IMG/VR virus record: IMGVR_UViG_3300011271_000002
Location: 40,423-104,422 of that record
Source: a virus
DNA length: 64,000 nt
Reading direction: 5' to 3' (one strand)
The notes beneath the pieces are model-generated. The model did no database searches. It saw only the letters and a list, made by a program, of their open reading frames with translations, and was not told the DNA's origin. Below are positions 18,279-27,991 of this stretch, one piece after another. Every line of letters begins with the position of its first letter. Position 1 is the stretch's first letter. A program made the position numbers and the translations under genes.

Positions 18279-18826
18279 TAGCCCTGCTCGGACATGAAAT
18301 CCTCGGCGGACATGAAATCCTCGGCTTCGCTTGCGTTAATCATGGCGCAAGCTCTACATCCGCACTCGCCATCACACGTCTCATCGCATGATTCCGAACA
18401 GGTGCACTCCGGATCAACATCATCAACAGTAGGCGAACTGAGCGCAAAAGCCGGACCTGGCGCACGCTCGATAAGGATTAACGGGCGCGGCGACTTCCGT
18501 TCGAGAGCCTGACGCGCCGCTTCCTCATTGCAGGGATTGATGGCGTAGAGCGCTCCTGGCGATAATAGTCTGGTCCTCGCTGGACTGGCGGCGCGTTTTA
18601 CTTTGGACCCAGCCGGGCACCATTGCCGCAGGTCGTCATCCACGCTGCCATTCGCATATTCCGGAGCGGTGAGCACAAATTCCCGCTCCGGAAGATCCGG
18701 CGTATCGACGCGAAACATGACCGCCTGACCATAGGCTTCCGTGGTGACGAAGCCGATTTCAATTTGACGGCCGAGAAGCTCAACTATAGCCCAACCCTCG
18801 AATTTATTTTGCAGATTCTCGTTCAT
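18278..18826 (-). CDS. Phage hypothetical protein with Cys-rich tail
   Basis: FEGWAIVELLGR...FRVDTP; C-terminal CTCSESCDETCDGECGCRAC. Confidence 0.7.
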   Translation of the reverse strand: MNENLQNKFEGWAIVELLGRQIEIGFVTTEAYGQAVMFRVDTPDLPEREFVLTAPEYANGSVDDDLRQWCPAGSKVKRAASPARTRLLSPGALYAINPCNEEAARQALERKSPRPLILIERAPGPAFALSSPTVDDVDPECTCSESCDETCDGECGCRACAMINASEAEDFMSAEDFMSEQG

Positions 18827-19473
18827 CCTCTCCTCCTGGACTGGCCAGAACATATTCTTCTGGCGGTGCTGAAATTTACGCCGAACAAAGTCCCAAGAGC
18901 CACGTAGCTTAGTCCTTCTATTCGTTTCTCTTTTAGGCTCTGGATCTGGCGATGATCAAGCGTGGCGGCATGATGGTTTTCGCCGAAAGGCACATTCGGA
19001 ATCCTAAGTCCAGTGCGATAGGCGTGCTTCAAATTATCTGATCGGGTCAGATACTCCAGATTCAACAATTTCGGATTGCCTTTATTGCCATCCTTGTGAT
19101 TCACCTCGAGTCCTTCAGGTGCGGGGCCGAGGAAGGCGCTGGCGACCAGAACGTGGACTTGAAAGTTTGTCTCGTGATTGTCCTTGGATAATTGAACCGC
19201 TAAATATTCCGCGCACCATCCCGGTACCAGTTTACGCATGCGTCCAGTGCGAGCATTTCTGACACGGCCCATGTCGCTGACTTCATAAAGTCCTTCAAAG
19301 TCAACGACTGGTTTCCAGCGCTCTAATGCCTCTGCCAGTTTTAACGCGTTCCAGTCCTCAATGATCTTCCTGGCGCTGCATTCTAGCCCATTCACACAGT
19401 TCATGCAGATTACTGAATCGTGAAGGCGGGCGAGTTCCAGCATAGACTCGCCGGCCCAGTCTCGCGGCTCCAT
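18823..19473 (-). CDS. NUMOD4-HNH endonuclease
   Basis: ERWKPVVDFEGLYEVSDMGRVRN, VHVLVASAFLG, VNHKDGNKGNPKLLNLEY. Confidence 0.9.
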   Translation of the reverse strand: MEPRDWAGESMLELARLHDSVICMNCVNGLECSARKIIEDWNALKLAEALERWKPVVDFEGLYEVSDMGRVRNARTGRMRKLVPGWCAEYLAVQLSKDNHETNFQVHVLVASAFLGPAPEGLEVNHKDGNKGNPKLLNLEYLTRSDNLKHAYRTGLRIPNVPFGENHHAATLDHRQIQSLKEKRIEGLSYVALGTLFGVNFSTARRICSGQSRRRG

Positions 19474-19475
19474 CG

Positions 19476-20018
19476 CTAAGCCTCGACTTCCGCCGTTTCG
19501 TTCTCGGCTTCGGTTTCCTCTGGGACGCTTTTCGATATCAGCCTCAATTGAGCTTCCGCTGCTTTCACGGCCGTCGCATTGCCTGGCTGTATATCGCAAT
19601 CGAATGGATCTTTTCTCATGGCGTGCATCGCCTGGTGCATGGCAGCGTCCTCGTCGATCATTGCGAAGTGAAAAGAAATGAGACACTGCTCGTCGTTCTT
19701 GTGTTTTTTTACCACAAAGCTATCCACCTTCAACGAGCCGAATCTAAGTTCATTATCGATCTTGATTCGCCCATCCGTGGTCGCCTGTTTGGGGCGAATT
19801 ATCAACGACGCCGCAACCATCTCCAAGTCAAGCCCCCAAGTTCGCACCTCGGCATCTTCTTCATTTCGGCGTTTGTAAACCTCCTTGAGGCCCATCTGAT
19901 CGGCCACCAGTTGATCGAATCGAGCGCTTACGGTTACGGTTGTAAGGCAGCTCGATCCCAATTTTAGCGTCGCGCCGCGAAAGTTCGCGTCAAGTAGTCT
20001 GATACGTTTTCTTGCCAT
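19476..20018 (-). CDS. Hypothetical protein
   Basis: SD AAGGAG; 180 aa. Confidence 0.65.
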   Translation of the reverse strand: MARKRIRLLDANFRGATLKLGSSCLTTVTVSARFDQLVADQMGLKEVYKRRNEEDAEVRTWGLDLEMVAASLIIRPKQATTDGRIKIDNELRFGSLKVDSFVVKKHKNDEQCLISFHFAMIDEDAAMHQAMHAMRKDPFDCDIQPGNATAVKAAEAQLRLISKSVPEETEAENETAEVEA

Positions 20019-20033
20019 GATTCTCCTTGGATT

Positions 20034-21832
20034 CTAATCGAACAAATTCCGGTCTGCCCTAACCTCGCCGCGCGGAAGTACTTCAACCAATCCTCTAGCC
20101 TTGAGCCGCTGAATGTATGCATCACGGCTGGACCGGGCATAACCAGTCGGCTCATCCAGCGAATCGCGCTGAAGCGGTTCCCCGGCAGCCGCTATCAGCA
20201 ACGCCAGAATCTTGGCCTCACCGTCGGGGAGCTTGTGCTCCCAATATTCCTGTAGCGCCGAGCCGGTGGGCAGCGGCTCGAAGTCACCTAGCGCAGCGAT
20301 ACCTTCCGGCGTGGCCGTGATGATAGGCCCATCCTCGACGTATCCCTTTTCTCGCAGGCGCTGAATGTAGGCGTCGCGCGAGGAGCGCCTGTAGCCGGTG
20401 AGTACGCGGAGTCGATTGCGTTCGCAGCCTTCTGGATAGGTGGCGCAGGCCGTCAGCACGGCTCGTTCTCCGGGCGGGAGTTTCACATTGCCGTTATTGG
20501 CGGATGGCGGGCGCTGGCTGACCGATCGGGCCGATCGCGGCGGGATCTTTGGCGCTTGTCGGTCAAGTAAAGCTCGCGGCAAGATTGGTGGTCGTTCGAT
20601 TTCTTCCGGCTGCACCGGCAGCGCCTTGTCCACAGCCGCGATCGCCAGGTTGATCGCTTCGACCGCACCTGAGCCAAGATTCTTGATAGTGTGCGATCGA
20701 TCCGCTCCACAGCGGATTTCGACATTGAGCGGCAGGGCGTCATCGATTTCGCGCTTCGCGAGCTTCAGCGTACCAACGATCTCGCCGCGGATGCGTTTGC
20801 GCTCAGCCTTGACGCCACGTTCGTAGGCGGCGATGAGTTTCTCTTGACTCACGGCTTTGGACGGAGATGGCACTGGCGCGGCGATGCTGGCCTTGCTCGC
20901 CAATTGCTTCCTGAGCGTGGATACTTCGGCGCGGAGTTCCTTCTCTGTCGCCAGCTTCTTTTCCGATTCTCCCGGCTCAGCCAATTGTGCAAGAATCCGC
21001 TGGATTTCGGCTGGCGCAGCCGTGGGCGCAGTCATTCTGGAACCGAGTCGAGGTGATTCTGTCACTGTAGGACCGACGAATACCTCCATAACCTCATCAC
21101 TGAAAGCTGGACCGAATGTATAGAAGTGTCCCTTATGGAGCCCACGAATCAACTGCTCGTCCTTCCGTCCGATGCCGAGATATCGCATCGCGCGTGCGAC
21201 ATCAATGTCGAGCGTTGATTTGCCGATCATCATATTATGGGCTTCAGAAATGGCGTTCTTGTCCAGCTTCGAGAGCCGCTGCGTGGCAAGGATCGGACAT
21301 AGCAGCCGCTTCCGCGCTTGGGCCATCAGTGTGATGACTGAATTTCGCGACGCGGCCTCTCCCTCGCCCTTCTCGGGCGCGAACGCATGAGCTTCGTCGA
21401 GCACAACCATGCACGGGTGCCGAAGGTTCTTTGGTGCGTTAAGAAGTGCATCGATAAAGTTCTTGACGAACAGCACTCGACCGTCGGGGTTCAGTTCGTA
21501 CAGATCGATAATGCACGAGACGCGCAGTTCCAAAAGTCGCAACGCCAGACTATCAGCCTTATGCGGATCGGCAGGACAATCGCCATTCTGCCCGGCAAGC
21601 ACATAGGGGAATTTCTCGCGCAAAGTGTAAAACTCGCCCTCGGGGTCGATTACGATCTGCTGCACCTGGCCGTGAGTCTGTTCAAGTATCCGGCGGATAG
21701 CGTGACTCTTTCCGCCGCCCGAAATGGCCGTTAGAACGAGCCTGGTTTCGATCAAGCGCTCGATGTCAATACGAACGTCGGCTCCTTCGACTTTGCTTAT
21801 GCCATCCGTTGCTTTTCCTAGAACTGGCTTCA
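20034..21832 (-). CDS. HerA/DUF87-like P-loop ATPase with two C-terminal winged-helix repeats
   Basis: Walker A AISGGGKS, VIDPEGEF, Walker B VVLDEAH, ATQRLS; repeated TGY.RSSRDAYIQRL. Confidence 0.85.
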
Positions 21833-22197
21833 TTTGCGTTCCTGCCCGCTGGCGGCTGGCAGCAGAAACCGTGCATCGATCTGCCGCTGCGACTCTGTCC
21901 GCGCCGGAATGTCGGCGGAGAATTCGTAATTCACGCTCTCGCGCGGCTTCGGCGCACATTTACTGCACCAGGGCAACAGATCGAGAATCGGCCCGCTCAT
22001 CGGGATTATTTCACTGTGCGGGTTCGGGCGCTTGATCAGATAGGTGCAATTCGGATTCGCGTGGAGATGCCCGACGTTGACGTGGTGATTCTCCGCGTCG
22101 TACAGCCCGCCAGGACCGTGCGCCTGCACTACCGTCAGCCGGGCCCAGGCTCGGGCAAATGGCGCTGGCGTTCGACTGGCTGGAGTCACAGACCGGC

Positions 22198-22482
22198 TCA
22201 CCTAATCCTCCGGATGCTTATCTTTTTAGTTCCGTCCGGCAACGTCTCGATTATCTCGGACATCGCGAACGTCTCGTCGGTCTTGAGGATGTTCAAGGCG
22301 CGGATCTGCTTGTCGGACGGAGAGTAATAATCCTCCAACAAGGCAGACGTGCAGTGCAGATCATCATCAAGACCGAAATCGGCGATAAGGGAAATCTTGT
22401 GCTTTTTGCAGATGGCTAGGATCTGGGCCATCAGTGGCTCGATTTGACTGTCATATATTTCTTCTTTGCTCATGAATGGCAC
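22198..22482 (-). CDS. Phage hypothetical protein
   Basis: KEEIYDSQIEPLMAQILAICKKHKI, a common phage motif. Confidence 0.65.
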   Translation of the reverse strand: MPFMSKEEIYDSQIEPLMAQILAICKKHKISLIADFGLDDDLHCTSALLEDYYSPSDKQIRALNILKTDETFAMSEIIETLPDGTKKISIRRIR

Positions 22483-22937
22483 CCAAGAATCTCTTTCGCC
22501 CTATCTACCGCTTGATCGGTCATGGAAACCAATTGCACGAGTGGGCTAGACGCGTCCACTCTCCGATCACGAAGATGTGAGCAGCAAGCGAAGTGGCGGC
22601 GGCGCTCAGATTTAAGATAGTATTGGCATTTTCGGCAAACTGATCGCGGGACGTAAAAGACGAGTCGTTGTCCTTCGCGTCGCGAGAACATCGGGTATTT
22701 TCCACGACACAGTTCTTGAGCTTCGCAGTTGGAAACCGATTCCTTCAGCGCGGCGCTGGCCTGCTTGCCATCGGCGTCGATGACCGGGTATAGCTTAATG
22801 CCGGATTTGGTAACCGCGCCCTGGTCGCAGAATGCATAGCCTGATCGCACGAAATGTATGCGCCCCAGTTTGAAGTCTCGCTGGTCACGCGCAATCGTGA
22901 CCATTAGTTGTGATAGTGCGCCTTGCCTTCTAGCCAT
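22470..22937 (-). CDS. Hypothetical protein
   Basis: Coupled ORF with Cys motifs. Confidence 0.5.
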   Translation of the reverse strand: MARRQGALSQLMVTIARDQRDFKLGRIHFVRSGYAFCDQGAVTKSGIKLYPVIDADGKQASAALKESVSNCEAQELCRGKYPMFSRREGQRLVFYVPRSVCRKCQYYLKSERRRHFACCSHLRDRRVDASSPLVQLVSMTDQAVDRAKEILGCHS

Positions 22938-22944
22938 ACCAAAT

Positions 22945-24162
22945 TCAGTCTTTCTTCAGGCCAGCCTTCGCCTGCAACTCTTCCTCAAGCCAGCGCATGA
23001 AGGCAATCTTATCGCCGCGAAACTTACCAAGGAACTCCTCGAGCTGAGGGCGATTTTGCGCGTGGCCCAAAGATTTTAGTCCAGCCTGCACGCTCTTAAA
23101 TTCCTCGCTATTGAAAGCGCCAATAGAGATCCCCGTGCTGGTTCCAGATTGTGTCTGCGACTCGCCGCCGTTTGTTTGTTTCTCGGTTGACTTGTCAGTG
23201 GCTGGCGTACTGGCCCCGGTCGGCTGGCTTCCCTTTGCGTCGCCGGCAGGAGCTCCGGTTGCTCTTTTTAATTTATCCTTCAAGGACTCACTGCCTGGTT
23301 CTTCGTCCGCCCCATCCTCGGCACGTTTTGCAGCCATAACGTCGCGCCACGTTGTGTGCCCTTCCCTGATAGCTGTGTACAGTTCACGCAAGGCGGCAAG
23401 CTCCGCAGGCGCGACCTGGCTCAATTCGGTTTCAAGATACTCCTTCAAATGGGATGGGAGAATGTTTAATTTCAGGAACGCGTCGGCGATCTCTTTGCGT
23501 TCCGAATCTGGATCATCCTTGATCTTGGCCGCGATGGTTGTATTGATTGCCAACAGGCATTCTGCTTTCAGATCTGGGGGAATGACGCGTTCAATGCCGG
23601 TGCGTGACGCTTTACTCACCAGCGAATTTTCCTTTGTCAACAATTCTTCGTCGGTCGCCCGGACAATGGCTATCGTGCCGCCATCTGCCTTTTGCCGAAA
23701 GCGCACCACCTCCCTGCCAGCATGATCTTTTCTCTCTATCGTCTTGAGGATTACTACGTCCTTGGTCCAGGTAACATTGCGCTCTAGATCCATGACCGTC
23801 ACGCAAATCGTGCGTTGATATTCATCCTCAACGATACAGGGCGCACTCACATACATATTGCCGAGATGAGCCATAGCGGATTCGGCGAATCTGATCGTGA
23901 ATCCCTCGCCGCGATTTGGAATTTTGTATCGTGCGGCCTTAGCAAACTCAGGGCGCTGACAATCCTTGAGTAGTCTTGCGCGAACGTCATCCATGTCCCG
24001 CCGATTAAGCATGGCCATCGAGTAGCGGGCTTCGACCTCAGCCTTAGCCTTCGCTGCCTGCGCGATGGCAGACCGTTCAGCCTGCATCATCATCTCGCGC
24101 TCGCCAAATCCCTCGCGCACCTTCAAGCTCACCTGGGGTGCGGTAATTTCGGTACTTGCCAT
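22945..24162 (-). CDS. Putative single-strand annealing / recombination protein
   Basis: Directly downstream of YqaJ; conserved-looking N-terminal domain with a disordered linker. Function inferred from position. Confidence 0.55.
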   Translation of the reverse strand: MASTEITAPQVSLKVREGFGEREMMMQAERSAIAQAAKAKAEVEARYSMAMLNRRDMDDVRARLLKDCQRPEFAKAARYKIPNRGEGFTIRFAESAMAHLGNMYVSAPCIVEDEYQRTICVTVMDLERNVTWTKDVVILKTIERKDHAGREVVRFRQKADGGTIAIVRATDEELLTKENSLVSKASRTGIERVIPPDLKAECLLAINTTIAAKIKDDPDSERKEIADAFLKLNILPSHLKEYLETELSQVAPAELAALRELYTAIREGHTTWRDVMAAKRAEDGADEEPGSESLKDKLKRATGAPAGDAKGSQPTGASTPATDKSTEKQTNGGESQTQSGTSTGISIGAFNSEEFKSVQAGLKSLGHAQNRPQLEEFLGKFRGDKIAFMRWLEEELQAKAGLKKD

Positions 24163-24183
24163 GACAATTCTCCTTCTCTTGAA

Positions 24184-25050
24184 CTATTTGAAATTCTTGT
24201 GAAGCCGCCTATGATCTGGGACCACGTATGATCGTGGGCCACCCCGCACCTTCTTGAATGTCACCGTGCCTCCGGACCAGATAAATCCTTCGCTTTCGGC
24301 GATGGCGAATTTAAGCCGCGCTTCTAGGTCTTTCTTGTTTTTTTCCGCGATATCGAATTCTTCATCAGCCAGACGGTAGCAATTCAACAAGTCTTCTTCT
24401 TCTAGCGTGGGTGTTCGCAAGGCCCCATCATTATCAGGGAAACGCTTCTTCAGCCATTCCAATGTTGAATCGGTAGCCGTTATTTCAGGAGCCTTGCCGT
24501 TCAGAACATGATCAACCCAAAATCTTTCGCCCGCCTCGACCAGCATCGCTTCGACTTCCTCGTCGCGAACCACGATATATACCTTCAAGTTGTGCCCGCC
24601 GAAAAGAGCGGCTACGTCCCATCGCTCGCGTTCCGGCAGCGCCGACAGGCTCCAATGGCACTGTAAGGCAATCCTGTCGGGAACTTCCGCGGTACCGGGT
24701 TCGCCGAACTTGCCAGCCTGATCCCAGGCCACATTTTTGCAATCTACGCCGATCGGTTCATGGACCACGAAGGCATCGGGGGTCAGAACTTGATACGGAT
24801 GCCGGCCCAATATCGTTTTGTCGAACCATTCAATTTCGCGATTTGTCTCGATAGCGTAGCCCTGGGCAATCGCTTGCTCCAGTAATCGGCCCCAACGCAC
24901 GCGCGGATTTGAAGCAAAGTCTTCTTGTTCGACCTGGCCGGTCTTAGCGAGCCAGAGATCAAACGCTGAACGCGTGGGATGCAGTCCCACCACGCAGGCG
25001 ATCTCGCTGGCACCTATACCTTTCGAGCGAAGGGCGACATCAACAGGCAT
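24184..25050 (-). CDS. YqaJ-like (lambda-exonuclease family) viral recombinase nuclease
   Basis: RSKGIGASEIA, WGRLLE, TPDA, DCKN, QCHW, ERFWVDHV. Confidence 0.92.
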   Translation of the reverse strand: MPVDVALRSKGIGASEIACVVGLHPTRSAFDLWLAKTGQVEQEDFASNPRVRWGRLLEQAIAQGYAIETNREIEWFDKTILGRHPYQVLTPDAFVVHEPIGVDCKNVAWDQAGKFGEPGTAEVPDRIALQCHWSLSALPERERWDVAALFGGHNLKVYIVVRDEEVEAMLVEAGERFWVDHVLNGKAPEITATDSTLEWLKKRFPDNDGALRTPTLEEEDLLNCYRLADEEFDIAEKNKKDLEARLKFAIAESEGFIWSGGTVTFKKVRGGPRSYVVPDHRRLHKNFK

Positions 25051-25316
25051 TAGCTTTTGGCCTGCTCGAATACATGAAAGACTAGAGAGCCCTCCATCAA
25101 TTGATAGGTTCCGATGTACCGCAGATCGTCACGGATGAACTCGTGCCCGGTGCCGACAATGCGGAAAGATCTGTGCTCGTTTTGTTGTCCGGGATCAACG
25201 ATGGCCCACACTTTGGGCTTATCGCGTTGCGTTTGAACCGCCAATATTTCTGCGCCGCGAGGCATGGCCACGGTTTGAACGTCGGTTGTTTCTAAATCAA
25301 ACTTCCAGATTTTCAT
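25050..25316 (-). CDS. Conserved phage hypothetical protein
   Basis: IWKF, MPRGAEILAVQ, VGTGH, YIGT...LVFHVFE. Confidence 0.75.
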   Translation of the reverse strand: MKIWKFDLETTDVQTVAMPRGAEILAVQTQRDKPKVWAIVDPGQQNEHRSFRIVGTGHEFIRDDLRYIGTYQLMEGSLVFHVFEQAKS

Positions 25317-25318
25317 GG

Positions 25319-25816
25319 CTAGTCCTTCTTCCTTGTGGGATTCTTCTTACATCTCGGCTCGTGATACCGCAATTCCATCGCGCCTTTGAGTTGCCGGCAC
25401 CATCGGCAAGGTTTGCCGTTCTTGATTTCTCCCTCGCGCCGATTCGGATTCTTGCCGCAGTTCGGCAGATGGACGTAGCGGAGCTCGAGCTTGCTCGGTC
25501 GCTTTGAATTGCAGTGCGGACACAGAGCAGTCTGGCCGACGAAGCCGACGCGCGTCTTCCGGAGCGCCGCTGACAGCGCCGACCCGGTGTTGATCCACTC
25601 ATGATCGTCGATGACGCGATGGCAGCGCGGACAGCGGGAATCGTAGGTTGGCTTGCTCCGAAGATTCTGGCGCAGGGCTGCCGCGAGCCGGCCGCCAATC
25701 TGTATCCAAACCTTCGGCGGGATCTCGCGATAACAATGCGGGCACGCGGTTTTTGAAACGCGATCAATCTGGTTCACCCTTTGGGCCTCTGCGGCTCTCA
25801 ACAATAATGCTCCCAT
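25319..25816 (-). CDS. Zinc-finger repeat protein
   Basis: Duplicated CPxC...WI..G..L.AALR module. Confidence 0.55.
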   Translation of the reverse strand: MGALLLRAAEAQRVNQIDRVSKTACPHCYREIPPKVWIQIGGRLAAALRQNLRSKPTYDSRCPRCHRVIDDHEWINTGSALSAALRKTRVGFVGQTALCPHCNSKRPSKLELRYVHLPNCGKNPNRREGEIKNGKPCRWCRQLKGAMELRYHEPRCKKNPTRKKD

Positions 25817-25883
25817 TCGAATCGTTTGTCAAGGCTTGTGGCGGCAATCGTCATTCTGTGCCGCTTTACTGGCTTGTGTGGTT

Positions 25884-26204
25884 TCATTTTAAGTCCCCCT
25901 CAATTCCCAACTCCCTCAGCACTTGTTGGTAATCGTGGCAATGCACTCCCTTGCGCCACTGCTTGTTCTTGACGAACTTGGCAGATGACGGCCACCACTC
26001 CCACGCATCGACTCCGTTGCGAATGATCCAGTGCTGCCCTTCGTTCTTGATTGCCATCGCGAACCCGGCGCGCGCTAACGTCGCGGCGAACTGATCTCGG
26101 GCTTCGAGGTTCGCTCGTAATCGGCGCTCGTGACGATCTGCCGCGGGCTCGTCGCGGACGAAGGGAACGATAACGCTTTTCCCGGCTGATCGGGCGTCAC
26201 GCAT
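25884..26204 (-). CDS. Hypothetical protein
   Basis: NEGQHWII...WWPSSAK. Confidence 0.6.
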   Translation of the reverse strand: MRDARSAGKSVIVPFVRDEPAADRHERRLRANLEARDQFAATLARAGFAMAIKNEGQHWIIRNGVDAWEWWPSSAKFVKNKQWRKGVHCHDYQQVLRELGIEGDLK

Positions 26205-26872
26205 GGCGGCGCTTCACTGGGAATCGCTTCATTCTTTGCCGATCTTGGAGAGTATCACGCTAGGATGCTCTTCACGTTTACCGCGCACCCATGACGTAGC
26301 TCATCTGCGCCGACCACGACAGGTTTGCGGACGAACATCTGCATTTAGTTTCCCGTCCTCCAGAACGCCAGCAATGTCAGCCCAAGCGCGATAACCGCGA
26401 TCCAGAAAAAGATCCACAGATATGGCTGGCAGCCGCTGGTATGCTTCGGCGGGCGAGGCTGCGGCACAGGCGGCTTCATGCGATCCGCTCCAGATTGGCT
26501 GCGCCGTAGCCTTGTGGTTTGCCTTTCGAATTGAAAAGCGGATTGTCCCACTTAACCAGAAGTCGCGAGGGCGCCACCTTCACGATGGTGCCAGGGCCGG
26601 GTCTGTAAAGCGGGTTCACGCTATTCCCACAATAGCGGACGCGGTCGTCCTTCTTTGGATCTTCGATCATACCGCTGGCTGCGCGTTAACAAGTTTTATC
26701 AACGCCTTTTGCGCACTGAGTTTGTCTGGTCTCACAAAATCCGGCGTGTGTGCTCCATCAAGATAGCCAGCCCAAGAACCGCCAGCTGACTCAATGCGTC
26801 CGCAAAGCGTGCCGTTGTGATCGCGCAATGATACAACATCGCTTGTGAAATCTTCTTCCCAGGTCCACATTT

Positions 26873-27271
26873 TTACTTCTCCTCTCTAACTTTCCGCCAT
26901 AACTCCGCGACATCAATCGTGTGGACAGCGCCCTGCTGACAGGCCCACTCTATCGCCTTGCGCTGGTCGGTGTGGCATTTGATGGTCAAGCCGCTCAACA
27001 GCGCATAGAAATGAGGCTGTCTGTTTTCGAAGTTGTCGAAGCTGGACAGGAACTGCTCGAGGATTCGTTTCGAAACCTGCTTCGCCGCCGAGAGCCGCAA
27101 GCCTCTTCTGTGCAGCTCGGCGAAGATCATGATGTTCAGCGTATCGCGATTGCAGAATTCAAGAGGCCCGCGGCCGCAGCGAGCGCTATGGATGTACCGA
27201 TGGTCGCGCCACCACCGAAGCTGGCGGCCGGTGATGCCGGCCAGCCGCATGACATCCACGCTACGAAGCAT
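26873..27271 (-). CDS. MerR-like HTH DNA-binding protein
   Basis: DVMRLAGITGRQLRWWRDHRYI; ELHRRGLRL. Confidence 0.75.
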   Translation of the reverse strand: MLRSVDVMRLAGITGRQLRWWRDHRYIHSARCGRGPLEFCNRDTLNIMIFAELHRRGLRLSAAKQVSKRILEQFLSSFDNFENRQPHFYALLSGLTIKCHTDQRKAIEWACQQGAVHTIDVAELWRKVREEK

Positions 27272-27523
27272 CGCTGCTCCTCTGTAGGTGCGTCCATGGC
27301 TCAGGGCAGACGTGCGCGAATCCCCAGCCGTGAACCTGCCAGCCTAATAGAAATACCATCATGAGCGTCACCGGCCCGGCGGCCGCCGAACCTAAGCCGC
27401 TTCGAAGATCGGAGGAGTAGTGCGAGCAGGCGAGAGCGGGAAACTCTCTCTGAAAATTGCGGACAGCGTAGCCAGCGCCTAAGAGTCCACAGCCTAGCCA
27501 CGCAATCGCGATCAATACCCAAG

Positions 27524-27991
27524 TCATGGCGTGCGGACCCATCGCTGTTTCGGTGTGACCGGATCGGCTTTGCGATTCGGGCGCGAAGCCCAGCCGTAGC
27601 CGCTCTTGTGCGTGCTCATACCGAACGGTGCCCAGCCATCCGCTCGATAGATAGTCCCCTCGTGCCCTTGCTGCGGGTCGCTATAGGAGATGAGCAGTCG
27701 AATTCCGTTGAGCCAAGTGCGCACGTGTTTGCGCATCATCGCGAGCGCTTGAGATTCAACATAGGCGGTCGTATCGTCGATAAAGTAGAGCCGATTCAAT
27801 TCAAGGACAAGATCCGCGTCCAGTCCCCGCGAGGATGGCCGACCGAGGATCATCGCCCCGATCAGTTCTCGACCTTCGACAAATTCCAGCACGTGAACGA
27901 ACCCCGACGGCTTCGAACGCAGATAATGCAATTCGGCGATCCACTCTGCCGTGAGCCGCGATTCGGATGGCTGGCACCGGCGAATGTTCAC
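27524..27991 (-). CDS. Mom-like (GNAT fold) adenine-modification enzyme
   Basis: HYL, LELNRL, LISYSDPQQGHEGTIYRADGW; pattern of the phage Mu Mom family. Confidence 0.8.
   Translation of the reverse strand: MNIRRCQPSESRLTAEWIAELHYLRSKPSGFVHVLEFVEGRELIGAMILGRPSSRGLDADLVLELNRLYFIDDTTAYVESQALAMMRKHVRTWLNGIRLLISYSDPQQGHEGTIYRADGWAPFGMSTHKSGYGWASRPNRKADPVTPKQRWVRTP

Noticed and set aside
18290-18325. 18-bp tandem duplication encoding AEDFMS twice
   Set aside because: It is a simple in-frame slippage at a C-terminus with no wider pattern.
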